Under the pieces are notes generated by a model, which did no database searches, was not told the DNA's origin, and saw nothing but the letters and a program-made list of their open reading frames with translations. A stretch of 64,000 bases of DNA. It comes from an uncultured Armatimonadia bacterium. Lineage in GTDB: Bacteria; Armatimonadota; Zipacnadia; UBA1398; CAZMGT01. Position 1 is the stretch's first letter, and every line of letters starts with the position of its first letter. Below, one piece after another: positions 1 to 9,917 of the stretch. The position numbers and the translations under genes are program-made. The stretch spans positions 7,308-71,307 of the forward strand of contig CAZMGT010000009.1 of NCBI GenBank assembly GCA_964565895.1, written 5' to 3'.

Positions 1-1006
1 GGGCCGTCTCGCGCGAGGACATGTAGCCGACGAACAGACCTTCGTGCACGAGCGGGGTGCGCTGCGCGGGCACGCCCTCGTCGTCGTAGCCAAACGTGCC
101 CAGGCCGCCGGGGGTCGTCGCGTCGGCGACGATGTTTACGAGCTTTGAGCCATAGCGAAACTTGCCCAGCTTGTCCGTGGTAAGAAAGCTCGTTCCCGCA
201 TATGAGGCCTCCATGCCAAACACGCGGTCGAGCTCCGCGGCGTGGCCGCACGATTCGTGAATTTGCAGGGCGAGCTGGCTGGAGCCGAGGATCACGGTCA
301 TCTCGCCCGCAGGGCAGGGCTCGGCGGTGAGCAGGGCGTGCGCCTCGCGGGCGATCTTCGCCGCGTTTTGGGGCATGTTTAGCTCCTCGATAAACTCCCA
401 GCCGCGCGACGCCCCGCTGTGGCCAAACGAGCAGGGATAGGAGCGCGTCTGGACCTCCTCGCCGTTGGTGGCCGTCGCCGTAATTCCGCCGATGGTGTGC
501 ACGATGGTCTGCCTGATGCGCGCGCCCTCGGAGCTGACAAACACCTTTTCCTCGCGCACGAGCTCGATCTCCCCCCGGCGCACGTTGACGTCCGCGGCGC
601 TCGCCATAATCTCGTCGCATTCTAAAAGCAAGGCGATGCGCCGCTCCATGGGCACCTGAAACGGGTCCTTTTCCACGGGCGTGGCATAGTGGGCAACCAC
701 GGGCTCCACGGGGGCGAGCTGCACGCGCGAGCCAAGCGCCGAGGCGCTCGCGCGGGCGAGGCGGCAGGCCTCGTCCGCCGTCTCGGCAAGCGCCCGGCCT
801 TCAAGCGACGAGGTCGAGGCAAAGCCCCACGCCCCGCCGACGATTACCCGCACGCCCACGCCGGCCTTCTCTACCGAGGAGAGGGCGTCTACCGCGCCGT
901 TTTTCGTGGCCACAGCCTCGGAGTACTTGCGCACATAGCGCGCGTCGGCATAGGCTGCGCCGAGGCGCAAGGCCCGCCTAACCAGGCTGCCTAGAACGTC
1001 CTCCAT
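1..1006 (-). CDS. tldD: TldD family metalloprotease (partial, C-terminal ~335 aa; gene continues beyond window start)
   Basis: Reverse-strand translation reads MEDVLGSLVRRALRLGAAYADARYV...QIHESCGHAAELDRVFGMEASYAGTSFLTTDKLG...GYDDEGVPAQRTPLVHEGLF, typical TldD/PmbA sequence with the HESCGH motif. ATG is at 1006..1004. Absent from the ORF track because it has no in-window stop. Confidence 0.85.
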   Translation of the reverse strand, partial: MEDVLGSLVRRALRLGAAYADARYVRKYSEAVATKNGAVDALSSVEKAGVGVRVIVGGAWGFASTSSLEGRALAETADEACRLARASASALGSRVQLAPVEPVVAHYATPVEKDPFQVPMERRIALLLECDEIMASAADVNVRRGEIELVREEKVFVSSEGARIRQTIVHTIGGITATATNGEEVQTRSYPCSFGHSGASRGWEFIEELNMPQNAAKIAREAHALLTAEPCPAGEMTVILGSSQLALQIHESCGHAAELDRVFGMEASYAGTSFLTTDKLGKFRYGSKLVNIVADATTPGGLGTFGYDDEGVPAQRTPLVHEGLFVGYMSSRETA

Positions 1007-1083
1007 GGCCCTCCGTCCGCGTGCACAGCTAAAGATGAGGCCTGCGCAGCGGCCTTTTACGGTAATAACGCCCCGCCCCGCGC

Positions 1084-2208
1084 CTACGGTTTTGCCGGAT
1101 GCGTCAGAGACACGGGGCCTAAGACGTCGGGGTCGAACGCGGGCCTGCGGTGATAGGCCAGGACCTTGGCGAACGCCTCGTCGCCCCAGTAGCTCGCGGC
1201 AAGCTGGTAGCCCGACCAATCGGGCCCGGCGCCCAAAAATGGGCTGCGCGGGCCGGGCTTTGTCCCGTCGAGATACGGTGCGTAGAACAAAAACGCTTTT
1301 TTCAGGCTGCGCCCCCCTTGCTCCAGGTCGTAAAGGTTGATTCCCTGGTGGCGCGCGGCTTCGGCGACGAGAGCCAGGCCCTTGAGCACAGAGGGGACAT
1401 AGCGCAGGGGCTGGCGGAAGTATTTTTTGCGCGCCTCGCCGCTGGGCTCGAACAGCTCGGCGATGAGGTAGCTATAGCAGTCGTGGTTTTCCTCGGCGCT
1501 GTTTACCCAACGCACCAGCGCGCGGTCCTCAGCCACGACTCCACAGCACATGACTAGGTTTAGGCTATAGGCGGTAATCAGGGCGTTAGCGCGGACGTGC
1601 ACCGCCTGCTCGGCCTTGGCCAGCTTGCCCGCCCACTGGCGTAGCTGCTGGAGCTGCTCCGGCGAGAACGCCCCGCTGGTGTAAATGAGGTCTGCGGCAT
1701 ATAAAAACGCGGGGATCGTGCGCACCATCTCGTACCACCCGCGGTAGTTGCGGGGGATTTTAGGCTCCAGGGAGCTCGCCCAGGCGAGGATAAGCTCCGC
1801 GGCCTTCTCCGCATATTGCTTTTCGCCGGTAAGGGCAAAGGCGAGGGCCAAGTCGCGCGCCGCGCCGCCTTGGTCGCGAGCGAGGAGGAAGTGCGGCGGT
1901 GGGGGCTGCTCCGGCCCCTCGTCGCCGAGAACCCCCGCGGGCGAGGGCAAGAACTCGCCTTTCGGCGGGGCGGGCTTTAGCTTTAGGTGCCGCGCGCAGT
2001 CCTCGAGCAGCGCCTGATAGATCGCGCGCGCCTCGGGCTCGCGCTGTATGCGCTTGGCAATTTGCGCGATCTCCGCGCTGTTGAGGTACAGCCCGGGATG
2101 CTCGAAGGGAAACTCCGGCGGCTGCGCCCGCGCCTGCCCTGCGCCGAAAAGAGCAACCGCGAGCAGCAAAAGCAGCGCTTGCCTCGCCTGGTTAGCTGTC
2201 CTCGTCAA
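1084..2208 (-). CDS. Secreted polysaccharide lyase-like protein (alginate lyase / heparinase II/III N-domain-like alpha/alpha toroid)
   Basis: 374 aa with N-terminal signal peptide (LLLLLAVALFGAGQARAQ). Overall resemblance to the alginate_lyase/heparinase II-III family (HPGLYL..., W..Y..LAYH) is by eye only. TTG start with GGGGA Shine-Dalgarno. Confidence 0.45.
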   Translation of the reverse strand: MTRTANQARQALLLLLAVALFGAGQARAQPPEFPFEHPGLYLNSAEIAQIAKRIQREPEARAIYQALLEDCARHLKLKPAPPKGEFLPSPAGVLGDEGPEQPPPPHFLLARDQGGAARDLALAFALTGEKQYAEKAAELILAWASSLEPKIPRNYRGWYEMVRTIPAFLYAADLIYTSGAFSPEQLQQLRQWAGKLAKAEQAVHVRANALITAYSLNLVMCCGVVAEDRALVRWVNSAEENHDCYSYLIAELFEPSGEARKKYFRQPLRYVPSVLKGLALVAEAARHQGINLYDLEQGGRSLKKAFLFYAPYLDGTKPGPRSPFLGAGPDWSGYQLAASYWGDEAFAKVLAYHRRPAFDPDVLGPVSLTHPAKP

Positions 2209-2220
2209 CCGTCGTCCCCG

Positions 2221-2502
2221 CTATCGGCTGGACTTTTTCCAATTGGCGCGCACGCCCAAAACAAGCCCCAGCGCCCCGCCAAGGAGCACCCCGCCGAAGA
2301 AAATTCCGTAAAACAGCGCCGGCGCAACACCCATGTTGGGCACGATGAGCTGGCCCTCGGGATATTCCGGGTGCTGCGCGACAAACTCGTTTGCCACGCC
2401 GTAGCAGATCAAAAACGGCAAGCTATAGCCCACGGCCCCGCCCAGCGCAGCGCCGGCGAGCACAGAGAGCACCGTGCGCGCAGCGGCAAGCACAGCGACC
2501 AC
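2221..2502 (-). CDS. Small hydrophobic hypothetical membrane protein
   Basis: 93-aa ORF (GTG start) with two hydrophobic stretches, sitting between the lyase-like and DegT genes on the same strand. No recognisable family. Confidence 0.3.
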   Translation of the reverse strand: MVAVLAAARTVLSVLAGAALGGAVGYSLPFLICYGVANEFVAQHPEYPEGQLIVPNMGVAPALFYGIFFGGVLLGGALGLVLGVRANWKKSSR

Positions 2503-2517
2503 CCCAAAGCCGGCCCC

Positions 2518-3762
2518 TCACTCAAGCAGCTCGTCTACGTTCTCCTGCACCTTGCGTATCGCCTCGGCGATGTCGTCCATGTCCGAGCGCTCGCCGAGGA
2601 GGAACTTCTGGTAGATCCACATCCCCGTCTCGTAGCCGATCTTCTCGGCCACGGGGCAGCGCACGCCGGAGAAGTCGATGGGCACGCCACAGATGCGCTC
2701 GGCCCAGCACGGGCCGCCATCTGTGGGCTGGAACATGTCGTGGTGATAAAGCGGCTTGCCATAGCCGCAGGTAAGCTCCACGCCCTCGGCGCGCACGGCC
2801 TGGACGAACTTCTCCCGTGGGAGACCCTTAAAACACTCCGGGTTGTAGCGCAGGAGGTAGAGATGATAGGCGCTCGCCGAATCCTCGCCGTGGACGCGCG
2901 CGGGCTCCACGCCGTCGATCTCCGCGAGCAAGCTGTCCAGATATGCCGCGTTTTCGCGGCGGCGCTGCGTCTGCTTCTCGGCGCGCTGAATTTGGGCGAG
3001 GAGCACCGCCGCCTGCCACTCCGTCATGCGCACGTTCGTGCCCATTACCGGGTGCTCATACCACCCTCCGCCGCGCGCCCGGCCGCAGTTGTGGATGGAC
3101 CAGGCCATCTCCGCGAGGCGGTCGTCGTTGGTGACGATCGCCCCGCCCTCGCCGCTGGAGATGTTTTTGCTCGACTGAAAGCTAAACGCGCCGAGGTCGC
3201 CGATCGCTCCCACGGGGCGGCCGTTATAGCGGGCGAGATGGGCCTGGGCGGCGTCCTCGACAACGGCGATCCCTCGGGGGCGGCAGATCTCGAGCAGGCG
3301 GTCGAGGTCCGCCGGCGCCCCGCCCATGTGCACGGGAATTACCGCTTTTGTGCGCTCGGTAATCAGTTGCTCCACGGAGGCGGGGTCGATGCAAAACGTA
3401 TCCTCGCAAATGTCGGCCCACATAATGCTTGCCCCGGTGGTGAGCACGCACGTGGCCGTGGCCATGAACGTATACGCGGGGACGATTACCTCCGCGCCCC
3501 GTGTTACGCCCACGGCGCGCAGGGAGACCTCGAGGCCCGTCGTTCCGCTGGTGCAGGTAATGGCGTGTTTTGCGCCGCAGAGCGCGGCAAACTCGCGCTC
3601 GAACTGCTCAATGGCCGTGCCCCCGATGCCCCAGGCGCCGGAGTGGAGCACGCGGAGGAGGTTTTCCTCCTCGCGCCTGTCCCACACGGGCCAGGTGGGC
3701 CAGGGCTTGTTGCGCACGGGCGTCCCACCGCGGATGGCAAGCTTGGGCACCGTCAAACACAC
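2518..3762 (-). CDS. DegT/DnrJ/EryC1/StrS family PLP-dependent sugar aminotransferase
   Basis: 414 aa. Family hallmarks are GAEVIVPAYTF, SFQSSKNISSGEGGAIVTND (PLP lysine region) and the overall fold-type I layout. GTG/TTG start next to GGAGG, so the exact start is uncertain. Confidence 0.85.
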   Translation of the reverse strand: MCLTVPKLAIRGGTPVRNKPWPTWPVWDRREEENLLRVLHSGAWGIGGTAIEQFEREFAALCGAKHAITCTSGTTGLEVSLRAVGVTRGAEVIVPAYTFMATATCVLTTGASIMWADICEDTFCIDPASVEQLITERTKAVIPVHMGGAPADLDRLLEICRPRGIAVVEDAAQAHLARYNGRPVGAIGDLGAFSFQSSKNISSGEGGAIVTNDDRLAEMAWSIHNCGRARGGGWYEHPVMGTNVRMTEWQAAVLLAQIQRAEKQTQRRRENAAYLDSLLAEIDGVEPARVHGEDSASAYHLYLLRYNPECFKGLPREKFVQAVRAEGVELTCGYGKPLYHHDMFQPTDGGPCWAERICGVPIDFSGVRCPVAEKIGYETGMWIYQKFLLGERSDMDDIAEAIRKVQENVDELLE

Positions 3763-3847
3763 CTCCGTGCCGCAAAGCGGCGAAGCTGCGCCACAGGGCG
3801 CCAGTTGAGGGCATTATACACAGGCGCAAATGCTCGGCCAAGCAGCG

Positions 3848-5083
3848 CTAGGACCCGGGAAGGCCGAGGGGGAGCTGGGTGTCGCGCTCGTTGACGATCG
3901 GCTTGCCGTAGTGCCCCCCGCCCCCGGGCTGGAACATAAGCGACCCCTCGCGCGCGGCAGCGATCAGGCGGGCGATTTGCGTGCCCACGGTTTGGGCGAT
4001 CTCGCGCGTGTCGGCGAAGTGCAACACGGCCATTTCGCTGCCGAAGCGGTTGAGCAAGCGGTTGAGCGTTACCGGCCCGACCTTGGGGAGAAACTGCAGC
4101 GGCACCTGATAGCGATACGGTGGGCGATGAGCCGGCGGGCGAGGCTCAGGGTAGTCGGCGATCTCCACAATGCGGTCGAGCACCCCGCGCACCACGCGCT
4201 CGCTCCCGCAGCGGTTGCAGCGGAACGTGGGCGGGGGCGAGGTGACGACAAGCTGGCAGTCCTCGCAAAACGTTCGATGATACTTCCCCAGGCGGGGGTC
4301 CAAGCCATAGTTGGCGACCACGGCGCGCCCGCCCTCGCGCCGTAGGGCTTTGACGACCTCGGCGAAGTTCGCCTCCGCCAGCCGGAGGATGTTATATTCC
4401 CGCCCGATTTTCGGCAGCGAATGTGCGTCGCTATTGGAGAGAAACGTTACCCCGCGCAGCTCGGCGAGGCGGTCGGCGAGATACGAATCGGCGCTTAGCC
4501 CCAGCTCGATGGCCACGATGTTCGAAAACCGCTCCTCGCCAAACAACTCGACCAGCCGCGAGGCGCACGAGCCGTAGACGCTGCGGTGTGGGGTAAACGC
4601 GTGCGCGGGGATAAACAGCGCGCCGCAGGAGAGGGCGATGTCCATTAGCTCGCGCGCGGGCATGTGGCAGAGCTGCGAGCTGAGCTCGAGCGTGCGCACG
4701 TGCCGGGAGATTATCGCCGAGAACTCCTTCAGCGCGGCAAGTGTGGGGAAGAAGCTTACGTGGTGGCTGAGGGCCCCGTTTTGCTCCTTCGTCTCAAGCT
4801 CCGCGCCCAAGAGCACGGTAAGCTGCCTGCGGAAGCGCAGCCCACCCTGGGGCAGCTCCTCCATCTCCCCGCTTTCCAGCAGCGCCTCGATGTCCGCGAT
4901 AACCGTCGGCGCGGCGCAGTCTACGATGCCCGCGATCTCGATCCCCTTGCGCTCCACGCATTCGGCGCAAATGTTGGCAAACGTTAGCTCGCGTGAGGCG
5001 GTAACCTTAACCAAGCGGCCGGCGCGTGTGCGCCCGATGTGGATGTGAAAGTCGCAGAAGTAGTCGAACAACTGCTCGGGCAT
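3848..5083 (-). CDS. Endonuclease Q-like (TIGR00375) PHP-domain protein with Cys4 zinc ribbon
   Basis: N-terminal FDYFCDFHIHIGRT PHP-type metal site, internal AHAFTPHRS, and a Cys4 cluster (CEDCQ...CNRCGS). Domain order matches EndoQ from Pyrococcus/Bacillus pumilus. Confidence 0.6.
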   Translation of the reverse strand: MPEQLFDYFCDFHIHIGRTRAGRLVKVTASRELTFANICAECVERKGIEIAGIVDCAAPTVIADIEALLESGEMEELPQGGLRFRRQLTVLLGAELETKEQNGALSHHVSFFPTLAALKEFSAIISRHVRTLELSSQLCHMPARELMDIALSCGALFIPAHAFTPHRSVYGSCASRLVELFGEERFSNIVAIELGLSADSYLADRLAELRGVTFLSNSDAHSLPKIGREYNILRLAEANFAEVVKALRREGGRAVVANYGLDPRLGKYHRTFCEDCQLVVTSPPPTFRCNRCGSERVVRGVLDRIVEIADYPEPRPPAHRPPYRYQVPLQFLPKVGPVTLNRLLNRFGSEMAVLHFADTREIAQTVGTQIARLIAAAREGSLMFQPGGGGHYGKPIVNERDTQLPLGLPGS

Positions 5084-5308
5084 TTTGCAACCGCGTCCCT
5101 TGCCTGTGCACAGGTTGGCTGTCGCTGCGCGTGGTTGCCGCCGCTGTTGCCGTCGCGGTAATTCGCGAAGCGGTCGCGATCACGTTCGGGCGCGGGGCGC
5201 GGGGCTCCTTCCGCGAGGGAGCGGCGGGGCTTGCGGGGAAATGGCCTTTGTCGGCGGAAGGGCCTGCCTCCGGCGAGCGTTTTGCGCACAACGAGGGGAG
5301 GGGCAGCG

Positions 5309-6130
5309 ATGAGGGTTGCGCTGCACAGCGGCGTTTTAGGCCACGACGAGGAGAAGTTTATCCAATACGCCCGCGACCTAGATGTTAGCGATGTCGTGCT
5401 AAGCCACCGCAACGAGCTTAGCGCGGAGCAGGCGGAGCGGCGCGTGGCGCGGATGAGCGCGGCCGGGCTGCGCGTCGCCGCCTGGGGGCTAACCTGGCTT
5501 TCCCCGGCCGCGCTTGAGGGCGGCGCAGAGGCCCAGGTCCTGCGCGAAAAGCTCGTCAGCGAAATACGAATCTTGGGCGAGGTGGGCGTTCCCGTGGTTT
5601 ATACGTTCACCATGGTCGCCGCCGCTGAGGAGCCAGCGGAGCGCGAGAGGCAGTGGGGCAACCTGGTGGAGTTCTACAAGCCGCTCGTCGCCGCCGCAGA
5701 GGAGGCCCAGGTTAACTTCTGCACCCACGCCGGCTGGACGCCGAACAGAATCCTGCACAACTGCGAAACGGTTCTCCGCCTGCTCGACGAGGTGCCCAGC
5801 GAGAGGCACGGGGTTTGCTTGTGCGTAGGGTGCTATCACGGCGCGGGCGACGATGTGCCGCAAGTGGTGCGCCGGTTTGGGAGGAAGATTTTCTTCGCCC
5901 ACGCGCGCGACGCGCGCGGCGTGGGGCCGGAGTGCCCGAGCATCCACCTGGGGCAGGGGACGGTGCCCTGGCTGGAGGTCATCCGCGCGCTGCGCGAGGT
6001 GGGCTACGAGGGCGTCATCCAGCCGGAGCACTTGGGGAAGGTTTCCGCGCAGGAGCACGAGGAGATCAGCCAGGCCATGGCCGTGGGCTACCTCAAGGCG
6101 TTGATCAGCGTGGTGGAGGGGGAACGCTAG
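5309..6130 (+). CDS. Sugar phosphate isomerase/epimerase (xylose-isomerase-like TIM barrel) family protein
   Basis: Start MRVALHSG at 5309 preceded by GAGGGGAGGGG Shine-Dalgarno. The ORF-track start at 5231 has none. Sequence is TIM-barrel-like (EVGVPVV..., FCTHAGW, IQPEHLG). Confidence 0.65.
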   Translation: MRVALHSGVLGHDEEKFIQYARDLDVSDVVLSHRNELSAEQAERRVARMSAAGLRVAAWGLTWLSPAALEGGAEAQVLREKLVSEIRILGEVGVPVVYTFTMVAAAEEPAERERQWGNLVEFYKPLVAAAEEAQVNFCTHAGWTPNRILHNCETVLRLLDEVPSERHGVCLCVGCYHGAGDDVPQVVRRFGRKIFFAHARDARGVGPECPSIHLGQGTVPWLEVIRALREVGYEGVIQPEHLGKVSAQEHEEISQAMAVGYLKALISVVEGER

Positions 6131-6156
6131 CGAGTCGGTCGGGCGCGAGGAAAAGA

Positions 6157-6244
6157 TGGCGGAGGGAGAGGGATTCGAACCCCCGGAGCCTTGCGGCTCA
6201 GCGGTTTTCAAGACCGCCGCCTTAGACCACTCGGCCATCCCTCC
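6157..6244 (-). tRNA. tRNA-Ser (anticodon UGA)
   Basis: 88 nt: GGAGGGA-TG-GCCGAGTGGTCTAAGGC-G-GCGGT CTTGAAA ACCGC-[long variable arm TGAGCCGCAAGGCTCC]-GGGGGTTCGAATCCCTC-TCCCTCC-G-CCA. The 7-bp acceptor stem is perfect, discriminator is G73, CCA is encoded. A long variable arm plus anticodon TGA identifies tRNA-Ser. Confidence 0.9.
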
Positions 6245-6407
6245 GCCAGCCAAATTATACCACGGCCCCCCGCCGCCGTGTTTTCCCCGCCAACCAAGCG
6301 CGGAGGAAAGGCGGAAAGTTCGCTGAATTTCACCCCCGCCCGAGGCGCAGCGCACGAGCGCGCTTTGCCCTGCGCCGTTAATTTCCCGTAGAGAGGATGC
6401 CCGGACG

Positions 6408-8057
6408 ATGTCTCGCGGCTCTAAACGAACGGCCGGCGTGCAGGGGCTGATAGCGTCTTTGCTCGTCCTGTCCCTTTGCGCGCTGGGCGGGCAAGGCGGT
6501 GTGTGTGCTATGCCGGACACGTTTGCCGTGCACCCGGAGAACCCGCGCTGTTTTGTCTATCGCGGCGAGCCGCTTGTTCTAATTACCTCAACAGAGCACT
6601 ACGGCGCGGTGGTAAACACGGAGTTCGACTATGTCACCTACCTGGATGAGCTGGCGAAGAACAAGCTAAACCTTTCGCGCACGTTTACGTTTTACCGCGA
6701 GCTGGAGAATTCCATTCGCCCGCTGGGCTACGCCAACCCTCTCGCGCCGCGGCCGGGGAAGGAGATTTTGCCCTGGCTGCGCACCGGCCCCGGGCGAGCG
6801 CGCGACGGCGGGCTGAAGTTTGATCTGAGCAAGTGGAACCCCGAATACTTCGCCCGCTTTAAGGACTTCGTCGGCGAGGCTGCCCGCCGCGGGATAATCG
6901 TCGAAGTTACCCTGTTTTGCAACCCCTACCGCACAAACGAGCGCTGGACGTGGTTTCCCTGCTACAAGGAGAACAACATCAACGGGGTGGGCGGGGCGAT
7001 CTCCGAGTTCTGGCAGTTTATGGAGGAGCACGACCCCACGGTGTTTGAGTTTCAAAAGCAGTTTGTGCGCAAGATGGTTTTAGAGCTAAACGAGTTCGAC
7101 AACATCTACTTTGAGATTTGCAACGAGCCCCGCGGCCGCGGGCCTAGCGATGCCGCCGCGGCGCAACGGCGCGCCAAGTGGCAGCTCGACCTATGCCAGG
7201 TTATCCGCGACACGGAGGCGCGCCTGCCCAAAAAACACCTCATCGCCGTCAACGCCCACGATATTATCCGCGCTTATGAGGAGGGCGGAAAAACGTATAT
7301 CACCTGCGGCGATACGTTTTACTTCGCCGACCCACGGGTGGACATTATCAACTACCACTACATCAGCGCGCGCCTTCCCGCGCGCGGCTATGCGCTGCTT
7401 TACGGCGGCGGGCCGACGAGCTGGGTGGGCAACGTGTGGCACTTTTTCTCCTCGCGCCGCGATGTAGCCAAGCCCATTGTCTTCGACGAAAACTTCGCCG
7501 GCGTCGTGCGCGGGCACCCCGAGCGCTGGGCGATCAATCGCATCGAGGCTTGGGAGACGATCGTCTCCGGCGGGGCGGGCTTTGACAACCTCGACTGGTC
7601 GTTTACCACGCACGACCCCACAGGCTCGGGCAAGGAGGCGATCGGCGACGGGCGGCGGCTGGATGGGCGCGCCCTGCGCAGACAGCTAGGCGTTCTTGCG
7701 CGGCTGTGGCGCGAATGTGGGCCGGAAAAGATGCGGCCGAACTTCGACCTGCCCGCGAAAGCGCCGCGGCATTGCGAGGCGCTTGTAGCCAGCCGCAGCG
7801 ACGGCTCGCTTTACGTTGTTTACCTTGCGGACACGCGCCGGAGCGAGGAAGGGTTTGGGCGGCCCCTGCGCGGCAAGCTGAGCCTCGGCCCAGGGCTTGC
7901 CCGCGGGCGGTACGACGTCCTCCTGCTCGACCCCAAGACCGGCGAGCGGCAAAAGCTGACCACGGTTTTTTCGACGGAGGGGCGCGTGGAGCTTGCCCTG
8001 CCCCAGTTTACGGAAGATTGCGCCCTGCTCCTCTATGCTCGGGAACGCGGCGGCTAG
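6408..8057 (+). CDS. Secreted glycoside hydrolase (GH5-like clan GH-A; catalytic NEP motif)
   Basis: 549 aa with signal peptide ([15 protein letters not shown]). It has the FEICNEP motif typical of GH5-type acid/base glutamate, and a C-terminal beta-rich extension. Confidence 0.55.
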   Translation: MSRGSKRTAGVQGLIASLLVLSLCALGGQGGVCAMPDTFAVHPENPRCFVYRGEPLVLITSTEHYGAVVNTEFDYVTYLDELAKNKLNLSRTFTFYRELENSIRPLGYANPLAPRPGKEILPWLRTGPGRARDGGLKFDLSKWNPEYFARFKDFVGEAARRGIIVEVTLFCNPYRTNERWTWFPCYKENNINGVGGAISEFWQFMEEHDPTVFEFQKQFVRKMVLELNEFDNIYFEICNEPRGRGPSDAAAAQRRAKWQLDLCQVIRDTEARLPKKHLIAVNAHDIIRAYEEGGKTYITCGDTFYFADPRVDIINYHYISARLPARGYALLYGGGPTSWVGNVWHFFSSRRDVAKPIVFDENFAGVVRGHPERWAINRIEAWETIVSGGAGFDNLDWSFTTHDPTGSGKEAIGDGRRLDGRALRRQLGVLARLWRECGPEKMRPNFDLPAKAPRHCEALVASRSDGSLYVVYLADTRRSEEGFGRPLRGKLSLGPGLARGRYDVLLLDPKTGERQKLTTVFSTEGRVELALPQFTEDCALLLYARERGG

Positions 8058-8509
8058 CGGCCGGAGTGGCCGAAACCCCCGGCGCCGCGCGCCGTGTCGT
8101 CCAGCGACCGGCGCTCGACGAGCACCGCCCGGGCTACGGGGGCGATGACCATTTGCGCGATGCGCTCGCCCCGGCGAATGACGAACGGCTCTTTGCCCAG
8201 GTTAGCCAGGATGACCTTAACCTCGCCGCGATAGTCCGAGTCGATCGTCCCCGGGGAGTTGAGCACGACCAGGCGATGGTTTAGCGCGAGGCCGCTGCGC
8301 GGGCGCACCTGCGCCTCGTAGCCCTGGGGAATGGAGAGGCGGAAGCCGGTGGGCACGAGGGCCACCTCGCCCGGGGCGATCGTTAGCTCGCCGTCCACCG
8401 CCGCGCACAGGTCCATTCCCGAGGCTCCCGCGCTCATGTAGCGGGGCAGGGGAAGGTCGCGCCCGTGGGGCAGCCGCTCCACGGCGACCTGGACCGTTGC
8501 CTGGCCCAT
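8054..8509 (-). CDS. dut: dUTP diphosphatase
   Basis: MGQATVQV...SAGASGMDL...[10 protein letters not shown]...DSDYRGE; all five dUTPase motifs are recognisable. GAGGAG Shine-Dalgarno precedes ATG at 8509. The ORF-track start at 8545 is an N-terminal over-extension. The CTAG stop is shared convergently with the GH gene. Confidence 0.9.
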   Translation of the reverse strand: MGQATVQVAVERLPHGRDLPLPRYMSAGASGMDLCAAVDGELTIAPGEVALVPTGFRLSIPQGYEAQVRPRSGLALNHRLVVLNSPGTIDSDYRGEVKVILANLGKEPFVIRRGERIAQMVIAPVARAVLVERRSLDDTARGAGGFGHSGR

Positions 8510-8519
8510 CGCTCCTCGC

Positions 8520-9575
8520 TCACTCCTCCATAACGCGCACGGCAACCTTTATCGCCGCCGTCTTTTGCTCCATGGCAAAGCGCAGCGCCTCGCCCGTGTG
8601 CTCCAAGTCGTAGCGCCGGGTGATCATCGGCTCCACGTTAATCCGTCCCGCGGCGATTAGCTGCACGCAGTCCTCGAACACGTTGGCGTAGCGAAACACG
8701 CCGCGAATGTCGCACTCGCGCGTCATCATTTCCATAATGGGATACTCAAATGAATCTTCCGGCGCGAGGCCCACGATAACCACAATGCCCCCGGGCTTAA
8801 CGCAGTGCACGGCCTGGGCTTGGGTCAGGGCCAGCCCGGCGCACTCCAAGACGACATCGGCGTAGCGCCCTCCGGTAATCTCGGCCACAGCGCCGACGAA
8901 GTCCGTCGTCGCCGCGTTGACGGCGTGCGTGGCCCCGAGTTTTTTGGCCATCTCCAGCCTGCTCTCCACAACGTCGGAGGCGATGATCGTCGTCGCCCCC
9001 TCGGCGATCGCCGCTTGGAGGGTCATTAGGCCAATTGTCCCGCAGCCTAAGACAGCGACGGTGTCGCCTCCCTTCACCTCGCCGCGGCGGCAGGCCCACA
9101 TCCCTACAGCAAGGGGCTCGACGAGTGCTCCCTGCTCCGTGGGCATGCCCTCGGGCAGTTTGTAGAGGAAGTCCGCGGGCCAGTTTACCACCTCGCGAAA
9201 TGCCCCGTGATGGGGCGGCGTGCCCATAAACACCACGTCGCGGCAGACGTTATAGCGGCCCGTGTGGCAAAACTCGCAGTGGCGGCAGGGAACGCCGGGC
9301 TCAACAGCCACGGCGTCGCCGGGCTTAACGTTCTTTACCTCCGCGCCCACCTCTTCCACAATCCCGCAGCACTCGTGGCCCAAAATAAGGGGCTCCGTGA
9401 CCACAAACGGCCCAATGCGCCCGCGCTCGAAGTAATGGACATCGGAGCCGCACACGCCCACGGTGTGAATGCGCACGCGCGCCTCGTCGGGCTTAAGCGG
9501 CCCGGGAGCGGGCCATTGCTCAATCCGCACGTCGCCCACACCGTGGAGCACTGCGGCTTTGATTGTCTCGGCCAT
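8520..9575 (-). CDS. Zn-dependent medium-chain alcohol/polyol dehydrogenase (sorbitol / L-threonine dehydrogenase-like)
   Basis: [12 protein letters not shown]...[12 protein letters not shown] (catalytic Zn), [15 protein letters not shown] (structural Zn), GCGTIGL Rossmann. Start is ATG at 9575. The ORF-track 5' extension to 9809 is Arg-rich junk overlapping the neighbouring gene. Confidence 0.85.
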   Translation of the reverse strand: MAETIKAAVLHGVGDVRIEQWPAPGPLKPDEARVRIHTVGVCGSDVHYFERGRIGPFVVTEPLILGHECCGIVEEVGAEVKNVKPGDAVAVEPGVPCRHCEFCHTGRYNVCRDVVFMGTPPHHGAFREVVNWPADFLYKLPEGMPTEQGALVEPLAVGMWACRRGEVKGGDTVAVLGCGTIGLMTLQAAIAEGATTIIASDVVESRLEMAKKLGATHAVNAATTDFVGAVAEITGGRYADVVLECAGLALTQAQAVHCVKPGGIVVIVGLAPEDSFEYPIMEMMTRECDIRGVFRYANVFEDCVQLIAAGRINVEPMITRRYDLEHTGEALRFAMEQKTAAIKVAVRVMEE

Positions 9576-9613
9576 TGCCTTCTCTCCCTTCGCCTCGGCC
9601 GCGCTGGTTGTCT

Positions 9614-9913
9614 TCAGCCAAGAAGCTCCTCGAGCTTGCACTGAACCTCGTCGTGCGACAGCCCAAGGACAAGCACGCGCTTTGCGCGCGAGCGCTCGCC
9701 AGCGACGATGCTCACCGCGGAGCGGCGCACGCCGAGCAGCTCCGCGAGAAAGGCGCACAGGGCGGCGTTTGCCGCGCCCCCTACCGGCGGCGCGCTCACG
9801 CGCACGCACAGCGCACCGTTTCTCTCCCCGGCAATTTCGTTCCTCTTTGCCCGCGGGACGACGCGCACGGCAAACTCCACGCCGCCCCCGCGCTCGCGCA
9901 GCTCGATCTCCAC
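9614..9913 (-). CDS. DUF167 (YggU) family protein
   Basis: 99 aa. VRVVPRAKRNEI...LCVRVSAPPVGGAANAAL...LLGV is the YggU/DUF167 signature. GTG start. Confidence 0.7.
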   Translation of the reverse strand: MEIELRERGGGVEFAVRVVPRAKRNEIAGERNGALCVRVSAPPVGGAANAALCAFLAELLGVRRSAVSIVAGERSRAKRVLVLGLSHDEVQCKLEELLG

Positions 9914-9917
9914 TATG

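Noticed and set aside
1987-3894. 635-aa + strand ORF spanning the DegT and neighbouring genes
   Set aside because: It is antisense to a strongly recognisable DegT aminotransferase gene. The translation is Arg/Ala/Gly/His-rich with no motifs, which is the typical GC-driven shadow ORF.
5489-6520. 343-aa minus-strand ORF overlapping the TIM-barrel gene, the tRNA-Ser and the GH gene start
   Set aside because: It runs straight through a canonical tRNA-Ser and is antisense to a well-supported CDS. The translation is low-complexity, so it is spurious.
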